Part shown: positions 1 through 11,179 of the stretch, in pieces
Layout of the letters: each line of letters starts with the position of its first letter
Numbering within the stretch: the stretch's first letter is position 1
NCBI RefSeq assembly: GCF_011386835.1
Contig: NC_088802.1
Span: 3,286,001 to 3,350,000, forward strand
Direction: 5' to 3'
From: Chrysemys picta bellii
Taxonomy: Eukaryota
DNA length: 64,000 nucleotides
The notes under the pieces: model-generated
Databases searched by the model: none
What the model saw: the letters and a program-made list of their open reading frames with translations, nothing else
What the model was told of the DNA's origin: nothing
Program-made: the position numbers and the translations under genes

Positions 1-2131
1 AGCATGAGCGAGGGGGGTGGGGGGGTTGGATCTCCACATACGGGATCTAGGCAGATCGGCGCCCCCCCACAGAGCACCCCTGCGATATATCGCCTGGCTG
101 TGGGGCCGGCACCCATTTGCCAGCCACGCCGAGCGCAGAATAAAGCCTGGCAAACCTGGTCAGGCAGAGGTGAGGCTGGGTGGGGCCCAGGATGAGGCAT
201 GTGATGCAGGAGGGGAAATATCCCTACAGTAAAAAAAAAATTCAGGGCCTCTCAAGCAACCCAGATGCTTCCACCGAAGCAATAAACCCCGATGGGTCCA
301 TTTAGCAGGGATGCTCCTGGCTCTGCACGGGCTAAAATAAAGTCTCTTTGTCCACCCATCCACCCCACCAGGTGGAGAAACCCAGCTGCTGGGGGGCGGG
401 GGGGGGCATTTTGCAGCCATCCAACTGCAAACAGGCCCTTCTTTAGGCACAAAAAGTCCCTCAGTGTCTAGCGCCAGCAGCCGCCTGGAAACCCCCCCCC
501 CCCCCCCCAGCTGTGCAAAGGCGGCCATTACAGGCACAAAGGATGTGGTGTGTGTCTCAGCTTAAACTGCAGATCCGATTTGACTCCGGAGTGGCGGGGC
601 GTTGCGGGACGGATGGGAAGGGATCGGGCTGGGCACGGATCGCGGAGAGCTCTAGGAGGTGGAGGAATCAAGCCAGCCTTGCAGGCAGCCATGTGGGGCC
701 CGGCAGACAAAGAGGTGGGGAAGATGGTGGGTGGGGAGGGAAAAGGAGGAGGGGGAGGGGCGGTTTGGCGCCAGAAGTAACATTCTTTATTTGCAACTGA
801 AACAAGATTTTTTTCTCTCCCCCCCCATTGCAACATTTTACGGTCACTTTTTTCACCCCAACGGCAACACTGTAATTGAAGGTTTGCCAGGGGATCGAGG
901 AGAGGAGAAAGGCCTCACTCCGGATCTAGCAAGCAGGGGGTTCGCCTCTAGACATGGCCCCCCACCCTGGTGCTTAAACCCATTACACACTGGGTAGGGT
1001 GACCCCGGAGAGCAAGTGTGAAATTTTCGGAGGGGAGAGAGATCCTTGCCTATATAAGGCAAAGCCCCCAACACTGGAGAACAATACCCCCTTTCACGGA
1101 GTAACGGAAGAGAAATTGGGGAGGGGGGGGGGGTGATTTTGCCGCTAGCTAACACAAGATCCGGAGGGGAGGGGTTCATTCCCCCCCCCCAGCAGTTAGG
1201 GGAGGAAAATGGCCCCTTTCACCGCATCTCTCACCCCTGGCGGCAGACAATGGAGATCAAAGGGCGGGGTTGAAACGAACCAGCAGAGACAGAGGACGGG
1301 AAATTAACCAGCAGCAGAGCGGTGGGCGGGGGAAGAGACACTAGGTTAATCCCCAGCCGAACCGGAGCGGGGCGGGGGGTGCCTCTGCCAGGGGAATCCT
1401 GCTCCGATCCCCAGCGGAACCAAAGCCAGATCCTGGCAGCGCCAGACCCCCCCCGCCCCCGCCACAAACCCGGCCTCCCTCCTGCCAGCAACAGGCGGGT
1501 TGGGGTTTGGCGCTAAAAGATGGTACCGCGCCGCTTGAAAGCGCCTAGCGGGCGGGGGGAGTTTCCTTCCTGCTACCCCCCGCCCATCCCCCTCTGCAAA
1601 CCCCCCCCCCCCCAGCTCCCCTGGGTCCGAGTCATCTGCTGCGCCGGCTAATCCCGTTAACTGCAAATCGCCTTTCTAATGCCGGGACGGGCTGGAATCC
1701 GGAGTCTAAAGTCCCGGGTTTAAAAAAAAAGGATCGGGGGGGGGGGGGGGAAGAGAAGGGGTGAACTCAAAAACGGCGCAACAGTTTTAAATCCAGATTA
1801 AAAAAAGATAGGCTGGAAAAAAATCGAGACCGGTTTCTAAATACGTCCGATCTCCCCCCCCCCCCCCGAAATGCTCACACCACCCCGCCTTTATTGTAAC
1901 TGCCAAAATCAAGCCGCCTCCACCAAACTCGTCCTGCAAGAGGAATAGCTATTGCCCCTCCCCCCGCCTCCCCAAAAAATCTGGGGTGGAGGCATTTTTT
2001 CCTCCTTCAGGAGATCCCGTATTGTAAACCCTTTTCCTTCCTCCCTCACCCCCCCCTCCGCCCAAATATGCTGGGATCGCTCCCCCCCCCGCCGCTCTTG
2101 AAGCCCCATTAATTTGAGGCGCCTCACTCAC

Positions 2132-2188
2132 CTTGGCACCGATTTGGTTGCCGCACTGACCAGCCTGGATGTGGACGATTTCCCTCAT
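2132..2188 (-). CDS. TUBB: Beta-tubulin coding exon 1 (remaining exons lie left of the window)
   Basis: Encodes MREIVHIQAGQCGNQIGAK followed by a GTGAGT donor at 2131, the conserved 57-nt first exon of beta-tubulins. Class I TUBB assigned from the head-to-head position with MDC1, as in the human MHC. Confidence 0.93.
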
Positions 2189-2341
2189 CTTGCCTCCCTT
2201 TGGTCTAGCCTGATCCTGCGCCCTTTGAAGAATAGAACGATGGGGAGCTCAAGGTTCTCTCCGCCGAACGCGCCGGGAGCGAACGTTCCAAGCGGCCGAA
2301 AAAGCGACAGCGAGAAGGGCTGGGGCTGATATAGACAAAGC

Positions 2342-2409
2342 TTTTATAAGCTGGAGGGCGGCCAGCCCGATGATTGGCCCGCTGGGCTCACGAGCGCGGA
2401 GCCCATTGG
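2342..2409 (-). promoter_or_regulatory. TUBB core promoter: TATA box plus two CCAAT boxes
   Basis: On the minus strand: TATAAAA at 2342-2348 and CCAAT at 2373-2377 and 2405-2409, about 155-220 nt upstream of the ATG in CpG-rich sequence. Confidence 0.75.
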
Positions 2410-2624
2410 ACAGGAGAGGCGCGGACACGTAGTGTGGGGGGGGAGTAGGGTGTGGGCCCGAGCGCAAGCGGTGCTGGGAGTTGTAGTCTCCTTTTGTTGT
2501 ACAGTTTTTAAAGTGGGATTGCGGAAAAAAATGGGTGTGACAGGGGAAGAGGGAGAATCAGGCTGGGAGACAGGCCTCATTCTTTCTTCCGCACATCTCC
2601 TCCCCCGTATACACGGCATGAGGT

Positions 2625-3110
2625 GCACCGCAAAGCCCGAGAAAGGACGAACAGGGAGGGAGGGCGAGGAGAGGGGAGAACAGAGTGAAAGAATAAGGAA
2701 AGAAGGAATGGGAGAAAAAGGAAAGAAGGAACGAAAAAGAGAGGCAGAAAGACTGAATGAAAAAGAGAGAAAAGAACGAGTGTAAAGAGAGGAAGGAATA
2801 AAACAACTAAAAACAGAAAAAAAGAAAGAATGGGTGAGAAAGAAAAGGAAGGAGAAAAAAGAATGGGAAGGGGAAGAAAAGAAAGAACGAATGAGGAAAA
2901 GAAAAAGGCATGAAAAGGACTGAATGCATAAGAAAGAATGAATGAATAAGAGCAAATAGAATGAAAAAAGGAGAAAGAATGAATGTAAAAAAGAGAAGAA
3001 AAAAACAAGCAAAACCAGAAAGACTGACTGGGAGGAAAGAAAAAGGACAAAAAGACAATGCAGAGGAGAGAGCGAGAGGAAAGCGAACGGGGCAGGGGGA
3101 GGAAAAGGGA
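2625..3110 (+). repeat. Polypurine low-complexity tract
   Basis: About 490 nt dominated by GA/GAA/GAAA on the plus strand; explains the F/L/S-rich minus-strand ORFs. Confidence 0.8.
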
Positions 3111-4223
3111 CAGACTGGCTGAGCCAGCAGGAGCCAGGCAGCCTCCGCCCAGCCAGCCCGGGGCCCACCCTTCTCTCCTTGCTGGCGGGAGGCCATGGCT
3201 GCCTTAGCCAGGGGCCTGGGCAGGCGCCCGTCTGGCCTCCTCCTGCCCCATGGAGCAGCCTTGAGGGCGCATCCCCTGGTGGGGGTTTGGAACCAGGTTC
3301 TTGCCTCTCTAGTGGGGTAGGGCAGGGGGGCTGGGAGCCAGGACTCCTGGGTTCTCTCCCTGGCTCTGGGGGGAGAGCAGGGTCTGGTGGTTAGAGCAGG
3401 GGGGGCTGGGAGCCAGGAGTCCTGGGCAGGCTGGGCCAGTTCTTGGGCCGTGTGCTGTATGGAAATTGAGACACACACACACAACCCCCCTGTGCCACTG
3501 CCAACCCCCCATCCCATTACACCCTCCCCTTCCCAGGATCCTAACCCCTGATTATCCCGACTCCCCCTTCCCACTCCTTACCTTACCCTGCCCAGCTGAC
3601 CAGCCTCCTTGTGTGACGGGTCCATCCCGCTTCCCAGCCACTCCCCAGCACCATTTCAGGGGAGGATATTGCACCAATTCAGATATTTTGGGGGGTGGGG
3701 TGCAAATTCCAGTCCCTGCCCCCCTCCTGGCAGGCACCCTCGTCCGTCCCTGGACCCCGGGTCTCCCTCAGTCCCTCTCCCTCCCATACCCAGAGCTCAT
3801 GCGGGTGTGACCCCGCAGCAAGTTCTTGGTCCCCGTGCACCAGGTCCCGATGTGAGGGTGGCCAGGGCAGATCTGAGATGCGGTGCCAAGCACCACTCGC
3901 TGCATTCTGTCTGGGCAGAGGGGCAGCCAGGCCAGATGTGAGTGGCGCTGCCACCACCCAGCTGGGGCAAAGCTGCGCGCTGCTCTGGGCACAGCCATAC
4001 CGAGCTGGGACGGGGCTTTGAGCGAGCGGTAGAATCTGGGGCAGCCTCTGCCTGGCCTGCGGAAGGCACAGTGGGAGGCGGGTACCGGCTGCCCTGCACC
4101 CCCAGCCGCCCAGGGTTCAGAGGACCCTTGAGACACTGGCCCTGTGCCAGTGAATTGAGTGCAGGGTCGTGAATCTGGGCCTACTCCTGGGTTCTGTCCC
4201 CAGCTCTGGGAGGGGAGTGTGGG

Positions 4224-4461
4224 CAGGGCCGGCTCCAGGCACCAGCTTCTCAAACAGGTGCTTGGGGCGGCCGCTCCGGAGAGGGGCGGCAGGTCCAGGT
4301 ATTCGGCGGACGGTCCCTCACTCCGCCTGGGAGTGAAGGACCTCCCGCCGAATTGCCGCCGCTGATCGTGATCGCGGCTTTTTTTAGATCGCGATCAGGG
4401 CTTTTTTTTGTTTGTTTTGTTTTGGCTGTTTGGGGCGGCCAAAACCCTGGAGCCGGCCCTG
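4224..4461. mobile_element. hAT-type MITE
   Basis: 16-bp TIRs CAGGGCCGGCTCCAGG / CCTGGAGCCGGCCCTG flanked by a perfect 8-bp TSD AGTGTGGG (4216-4223 and 4462-4469). Confidence 0.9.
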
Positions 4462-5001
4462 AGTGTGGGCCAGTGGTTAGAGTAGGGGGCTGGGAACCAG
4501 GACTCCTGGGTTCTGTCCCCAGCTCTGGAAAGGGACTGGGATCCAGAGGGGAGTGGCCCCATGTCCCATTTCTTGTCCCCCCAGCCATCCAGTCCCTGCC
4601 CTGGGGCCAGATGGGAGCTGGCGCCCCCTAGAGGTAACATCCTCCCTAATGCTTCAGTAACCTTGTCAAGAGCATACCTGCCCCAGCTCCTAGCAGGACA
4701 CTGAGGCCCCCAGAAGCTGCTGCGTTGCCCCCTCCCTCAGCAGTGCACTGAGCTGCTGCTTCCTTCCCCCTCCTCACCCCCTGCCCCAAAGCCGTGAGGA
4801 GGGGCTGAGAAAATCCTCACCTACAGCTGGGCACCTCTGTTCCAGCCAGGATCCCTGCTGGCATTAGCTGGCGGAGAAGGGCGGGGAGGACCTGGCCATG
4901 GGGAGCAGGCAGCCCACTGGTCTGTGACCTCGGAGTTCAAACGTTCAAACCCTGGGAATCTGGGAGCTGCAAGGAATGGGGGAGAAAGAAATGGAGGAGA
5001 C

Positions 5002-5527
5002 ACCGACTCCCCTCCCAGAGCCAGGGAGAGAACCTAGGAGTCCTGGCTCCCATCCCATCCCGCTCTAACCCACTAGACCCCACTCCCCTCCCAGAGCCAG
5101 AGAGAGAACCCAGGAGTCCTAGCTCCCATCCCATCCCGCTCTAACCCACTAGACCCCACTCCCCTCCCAGAGCCAGGGAGAGAAGCCAGGAGTCCTGGCT
5201 CCCATCCCATCCCGCTCTAACCCACTAGACCCCACTCCCCTCCCAGAGCCAGAGAGAGAACCCAGGAGTCCTGGCTCCCATCCCATCCCGCTCTAACCCA
5301 CTAGACCCCACTCCCCTCCCAGAGCCAGGGAGAGAACCCAGGAGTCCTGGCTCCCATCCCATCCCGCTCTAACCCACTAGACCCCACTCCCCTCCCAGAG
5401 CCAGGGAGAGAACCCAGGAGTCCTGGCTCCCCTCCCATCCCGCTCTAACCCACTAGACCCCACTCCCCTCCCAGAGCCAGGGAGAGAACCCAGGAATCCT
5501 GGCTCCCATCCCATCCCGCTCTAACCA
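5002..5527 (-). repeat. 76-bp tandem repeat (~7 units) derived from a tRNA-type SINE head
   Basis: Period 76 measured from CTAGA ends at 5077, 5153, 5229, 5305, 5381, 5457. The minus strand reads TCTAGTGGGTTAGAG...GGAGCCAGGACTCCTGGGTTCTCTCCCTGGCTCTG, resembling the MIR/CORE-SINE 5' head. Confidence 0.8.
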
Positions 5528-5669
5528 CATGCAATGATAGGATCTTAACCCACTAAATAGGGCCTGTGTGTGGATCGGCAGAAGTTGCCCGAGTCATTGG
5601 CCTGGGGGCAGCCCAGGCTCCACCCATGGGAAACTCTTTACACAGCATTGGCGCGACTGCTGCTAGAAC

Positions 5670-7330
5670 ACCATGTCCCACTCCAACGTCCAGCGTTCGA
5701 GGAGGAGGTGGAAATACCAGTACGAGAACTAGGAGGGCCCCAAAAATGAGCCAGGGCAGGGTAAGAACCTTTAAGGAACTCGGCCTATTCAGCTGAACGA
5801 AGCGAAGGTTGAGAGGCGGCTGGATCCTAGACGGGAGCCTTTCACCCTTGCTGACCAAGGCCTCACAAGCGCAGACGGCTGGAAGTTGAGGCTGGACAAA
5901 TTCAGCCTTGAAATCAGAGGTGTTTTCCTAACTCTGAAGGGTGATGCTGTTGTACTTAAAGTACTGCACAGGATCTTTTCAGGGGGAATAAGGCAAAGCG
6001 CCACATTTCTTCGTAATACATGCACTAATCAACACTGTATCATCTGCATATGCTAGTAGATAATGTTTTCACCCCTCAGCTCAAATACACTCACATACAC
6101 ACACACAAGCACACTCCGTCTTGTTGTTGTTACCAATTAGTTGCTCTCCATAACTTCACTGGCCAGGTGAGTTAGATGGGGGAGGGGGTGCAGCCGGGCT
6201 TCTGCCCGGATTGATGCTCCGATGTTGACAAGACGAGACCCGGGGTCCTCTGCAAGACACCTCACATTTATAGCAGCTTCCCTCTCCTGCAGATCTGTAC
6301 CAGATTCAAAATCTAGATCTGTGTCCGTTGGTCCTTTGTGCTGCTTCTTTCTGGGTGTTGTCCCAATGCTGTTCAAAGAGGGTGTTTTCAAAAGCAGGTG
6401 CTCGCTTCCAACCCCCGAGGCCATCAATATGTCTGCTCTTCTTCAGTGAGCCCACTGGACACGTTTTATTGTTCTTGGGTCTGGCTCCCAGCCGCTCTTC
6501 AACTGTTGCAGCTGTCTGGAGGTGCTTGCCCTCCACTCTTTACTCATTCACACCTCCTTCATTCAACAGGGCAATTGATTAAAAGGGGGGGGGGGGGGGA
6601 GATCTTATTCTACTCCTAGCAAAAAGACATTTTTGTTAACATTATACCAAGGCTCAATACAAATAAGGATCTGATACAAAGTTGTATGAAAATAGGGGGC
6701 ATAATACAAAGTCATATGAAAGTTATGTGAAGATGCTTAATGCAAAGATTTATCTACATTGTAACATTGGACCAGCGTGCCAGGGCAGTGGTGCGCGCCC
6801 CATGGCTGGGAGTCGTTCCGACGTGGTTAGATCTCTGCCCGAGATACAGACGCTGACCTGTGTGCCTGCGTCTAAGTGAGCAGGATGGGTCGTGGCAGGC
6901 CCTTCTGGCCTAGCAGGTGTGAATCTACGAATCTCCCTGTCCGTCCCTGTCCTTCAGGGGCTTGGGGAGAAGAGAATCACCAACACTGTGCAGAGTGTGG
7001 GCCTGGCCCTTGCAGCTCTGCATGAAGACAATGCGTAAAATCCAACCTCAGGCTTCACGGTTTCCGCCACCTGGGGTCAGGAAGGAATAGTTTTTCCCAT
7101 TGCTTAGCAGGCCAGGTGTATCCTCTTTGGAGTTTTTTTCCTCCTCTGCATCTCACTGCACCACCGAACATGGTGAGACGATGAGACCTGACCCAAGCGT
7201 CAGAGATCGGCCATGGCTGGAGACGGGGACACCAGATGGTATGACCCAGTGCTCTGAGACGGCACCGAGAATTGTCTCTCTCGCTGCCTGGCTGGTGTGT
7301 CTTGCTCCTAGGTAGGCATCCCACAGGCGT
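5670..7330 (+). mobile_element. Degenerate CR1 LINE 3' fragment interrupted by an LTR-like insertion
   Basis: 5670-5947 resembles the CR1 ORF2 end (GAAGTTGAGGCTGGACAAATTCAGCCTTGAAATCAG); similarity resumes at ~6760 (AACATTGGACCAGC...GTGGTG) and runs into a CR1-like 3' UTR. Confidence 0.5.
5948..6758 (-). mobile_element. Probable solo LTR
   Basis: TGT...ACA termini and a minus-strand TATAAA near 6266-6271; splits a CR1 fragment. No clean TSD, so the boundaries are approximate. Confidence 0.45.
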
Positions 7331-7939
7331 CTGCATGTCTCAGGAGTAGGGTCACCCCAGAGCCAGAGAATTGCCTGCCCTGGGACCGGATCGGAACCAA
7401 CGCCCCCTAGACGGGAAAGGTCCCATGTCCCATTCCCCTGAAGCAATCAGCCTGTGCATCCATCGGCATGGATCCTTTCCCATCCACCCCCTCCTGGTTA
7501 TGACAGGCCTGGGGGCACAGCTTAGAACCAAGGGGGAGCTCAGAGCAGGCTGTGGGTGTCACCCAGCAGTGTCCTGGCTCGGAGGGGCGGGGAAAGGGAT
7601 GACTTTCCGTTGAGCTAGGGTTGGGCCTGACATCTAGTGGTGAGATGGCAGGACTGCAACCCTGTGCCTTTCTGTCTTGGCAGGGATGGGGTTGGATGTT
7701 TTTCCAGGACCGGTTCCCACCCTGGAGATGCTGTGACTGGCTGGAAACGCCGTAGCGACAGGCATGGAAACATCAGGACACCTGGGTCCCTTCATTCAGA
7801 CACTGCCCATCCCAACCATCATCATGAGAAGAGCTACCAGGGCCTCTGCTGGTGATTCTAACTAGCCCTGGACAGATGGAGACTTCCTGCCAACCCCTCC
7901 CAGCGGCTAGTCAGTCCACTCATCCTACTAATCTATCTA

Positions 7940-8440
7940 TCAATCCGCCATACACCCCCCTCTAGCCAGCCAGCCATCGATCCCATACACCCCCTCTATC
8001 TGTCCCTCCATCCCCACGCCCCTCTGTCCATCCCTCCACCCGTCCCCATACACCTCCCTCTAGCCAGCCAGCCATCGATCCCCATACACCCCCTCTATCT
8101 GTCCCTCCATCCCCACACCCCTCTGTCCATCCCTCCACCCGTCCCCATACACCGCCCTCTAGCCAGCCAGCCATCGATCCCCATACACCTCCTCTATCTG
8201 TCCCTCCATCCCCACACCCCTTTGTCCATCCCTCCACCCGTCCCCATACACCCCCCTCTATCCAGCCAGCCATCGATCCCCATACACCCCCTCTATCTGT
8301 CCCTCCATTCCCATACCTCTCTGTCCATCCCTCCACCCATCCCCATACACCCTCCCTATCCATTCATTAATCCCCATACACACCCTCTATCTGTCCATCT
8401 ATCCATCCCCATACACTCCCCTTAGCCATCCATATACATA
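7940..8440. repeat. ~99-bp C-rich tandem repeat (about 4 units) with degenerate flanks
   Basis: The minus-strand ORF repeats a 33-aa unit (MAGWLEGGVWGRVEGWTEG...), reflecting a 99-nt period. Confidence 0.7.
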
Positions 8441-8449
8441 CTTATAGAA

Positions 8450-9085
8450 ATCCATGGTACGCCCACATCTTGAATACTGCATGCAGATGTGGTCGTCCCA
8501 TCTCAAAAAAGATATATGGAATTGGAAAAGGTTCAGAAAAGGGCAACAAAAATGATTAGGGAACAGCTTCTGTATGAGGAGAGATTAATAAGACTGGGAC
8601 TTTTCAGCTTGGAAAAGAGACGACTAAGGGTGGATATGATAGAGGTCTATAAAATCATGACTGGTGCAGAGAAAGTAAATAAGGAAGTGTTATTTACTCC
8701 TCATAGCACAAGAACTAGGGGTCACCAAATGAAACGAATAGGCAACTGGTTTAAAATAAGCAAAAGGAAGTAAATCTTCACAGAACGCAGTCAACCTGTG
8801 GAACTCTTTGCCAGAGAATGTTGTGAAGGACAAGACTATAACAGGGTTCAAAAAATAACTAGATAGATTAATGGACGATAGGTCCATCAATGGCTATTAG
8901 CCAGGATGGGCAGGGATGGTGTCCCTAGCCTCGTTTGCCAGAAGCTGGGATTGGGCGACAGGGGATGGATCAGTTGATGATTCCCTGTTCTGTCCATTCC
9001 TCTGGGGCACCTGGCATTGGCCACTGTCGGAGACAGGATATTGGGCTAAATGGACCTTTGGTCTGACCCATGATGGCCATTCTTA
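8450..9085 (+). mobile_element. 5'-truncated CR1 LINE (RT C-terminus and 3' UTR)
   Basis: Translates to ELEKVQKRATKMIR...YEERLIRLGLFSLEKRRLRVDMIEVYKIM, typical of the CR1 ORF2 C-terminus, followed by a turtle-type CR1 3' UTR. Confidence 0.9.
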
Positions 9086-10575
9086 TGTACTTTCTGTCTG
9101 TTCATCCATCCATCCACCCCATGCATCCCCTCTACCCATCATCCCCATACACCCCCTTTAGCCATCCATCCATCCATATACAAACCTTCTATCTGTCCAT
9201 CCATCCATCCATATCCCCTCTATCCATCCATCCCCATACACCTCCTTTAGCCATCCATACATCCATCCCTAAATATCTATCTATCTATATCTCAGGCTCT
9301 GCCATGTGGCCTCAATGACATCTGCACTTGCGTGGCACTGTTACCCACCTTTGCCACGTCATTGTTGATGCTTGCCCTGGTATTTCTATAGTTGTTCCAG
9401 TTTTCTGGCTGAAGGGAGCCAGCGTGAGCTTCCAATCCCCTGCAAATCCCACCAGGGCCCAGGACGTCTCTGCAGCTCTGGGCACCATTGAACGTAGCGA
9501 GATGGCGATGACGCATGGTGCCAAGCAACCCTGTCCAAAGGTGTGGATGCAGTGTGGTGGCCCCAACTCCATAGCGCATCCTCATGGCGCATAGGGTGGT
9601 CCCAATGGCCAGCGTGTTGCCTGGGTGTTACGCCCGTGCAGTGACACAGCGCCACGGGTAAGCAGGCACATGACGGGTTCATGGCGGCAGCGCCCCAACC
9701 CCAGGGGGTGGCAGAAGTCAGAAATGTTTTAACCCCCCCCCTTCTATCAGAGTTTTAATAACAAATATGGGAAGGCAGCCATGTTTTGGAGGCCACGAGG
9801 GTACACTCTAGCCTATACACACCTGCTCTCTATGGTAGGAGGTATTGTCTACAGGAGAGTTCCCCCGCCCGTGGGGCAGGCTGGGGGGCGGGGTGCAAAC
9901 AAGGAGGGACAAAGCCCAACGGGGGGACAGCTTTTGGAGGACTAGTGGGTACGCTCTAGCCTCCCACACCAAGTGTCTATGGTTTCTTGGTATTCTCTGC
10001 GCAAGTGTATTCGCTTCCATGGTCAGAGATGACGTCCACATGAGAAGAGGGCGGGGCCCGCTGTGTGGGAGGACCTTGGCATGTACACTCTAGCTACTGT
10101 TACGGACACGCCCTCCACTCTATGGTTCCCGTGGTATTGTCCAGACAAAAGTGCTTCGTCTCCATGCTCCACTCTGGCGGACCGCAGCCGCCATGCCTTG
10201 GAGGACCCAGCCTGTACAAGCCGCTACGGCTCGATGGTTCCAGTGACCAGTGGTAACTTCTACGCAACGCGTTTCCTCTCTATGATCCCAGGTGGCGGTA
10301 GTAGGGAGGGCGGCAGCGCCGCCATGTTTTGGCGGACCCGTTGTGCACACTCTAGCCTAGAGCACGGTATCGCTCTATGGTCTCCAAGGTAATGTCTACC
10401 CGAACATTAGCCTCTCTATGGTCTTCCTTGGCGCCAAAAGGATGCGGTGGCGGACTCGCAGCGAACAATCTAGCCAGGAACCCGGGTGCCGCTCTATGGT
10501 TCTGCGGCGACACTCTACACGCACATCCCCCTCCTCTCTGTGCTCCAAAGGCAAGACTGGTCCCTAGGGAGCAGC

Positions 10576-10742
10576 GGGGCGGGAACAAGGGCAGCAGGAC
10601 CCGCCCACTCCAATGACTGACACCCACAGTGACCAATCAGGACAAGAGAAAGCTTTGCGAGAGGGACACGGCTGGCCAATCAGGCGCCTCCCCTGCTGGG
10701 ACGCGCCTGGAGGTACCCGTGGGGCTGCAGTTGGGACAGGAG
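10576..10742 (+). promoter_or_regulatory. Probable MDC1 promoter and non-coding exon 1
   Basis: GC boxes (10576-10583, 10601-10606), three CCAAT boxes (10610, 10633, 10676) and a donor GGAG|GTGAGC at 10743, upstream of the acceptor preceding the MDC1 ATG. Confidence 0.6.
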
Positions 10743-11179
10743 GTGAGCGGGGCCCGGCAGAGCTGCGGGGGCTGCGGGTCGGGAGTGAGGGGCACTGGGG
10801 GGGCCGTGGGGGGGAATGAGGGGCACTGGGGGCGGGGCTGATAGGGAGTGAAGGGGCGGGGCTGGGGGGGCAGTGAGGGGGAGGGGAGAGTGAGGGGCAC
10901 TGGGGGCGGGGCTGACAGGGGAGTGAGGGGGCGGGGCTGGGGGGCAGTGAGGGGAGGGGGAGTGAGGGGCAGTGAGGGCAAGGCTGACAGGGCAGTGAGG
11001 GGAGGGGGGAGTGAGGGGCAGTGGGGGCGGGGCTGACAGGGGAGTGAGGGGGCGGGGCTTGGGGGGCAGTGAGGGGAGGGAGGAGTGAGGGGTAGTGGGG
11101 AGGAAGGGAGGGGGGGAGTGAGGGGCACTGGGGGGTGGGTGTCCCTGTCACTCACCCTGTGACCGTTGCCCCACAGGCC

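Noticed and set aside
1-2130. Further TUBB exons or independent genes
   Set aside because: No FWEVISDEHG exon-2 sequence is present; the ORFs are low-complexity intron translations.
2344-3168. Long F/L/S-rich ORFs as membrane proteins
   Set aside because: They are an artefact of the polypurine tract.
5002-5527. tRNA gene cluster
   Set aside because: Only A/B-box-like remnants are present; no cloverleaf, acceptor stem or anticodon arm could be built.
9300-10530. Harbinger transposase remnant
   Set aside because: There is only faint resemblance (PPHCI, SMV...ALV) plus recurrent GTACACTCTAGC motifs, with no TIR/TSD found; too weak to call.
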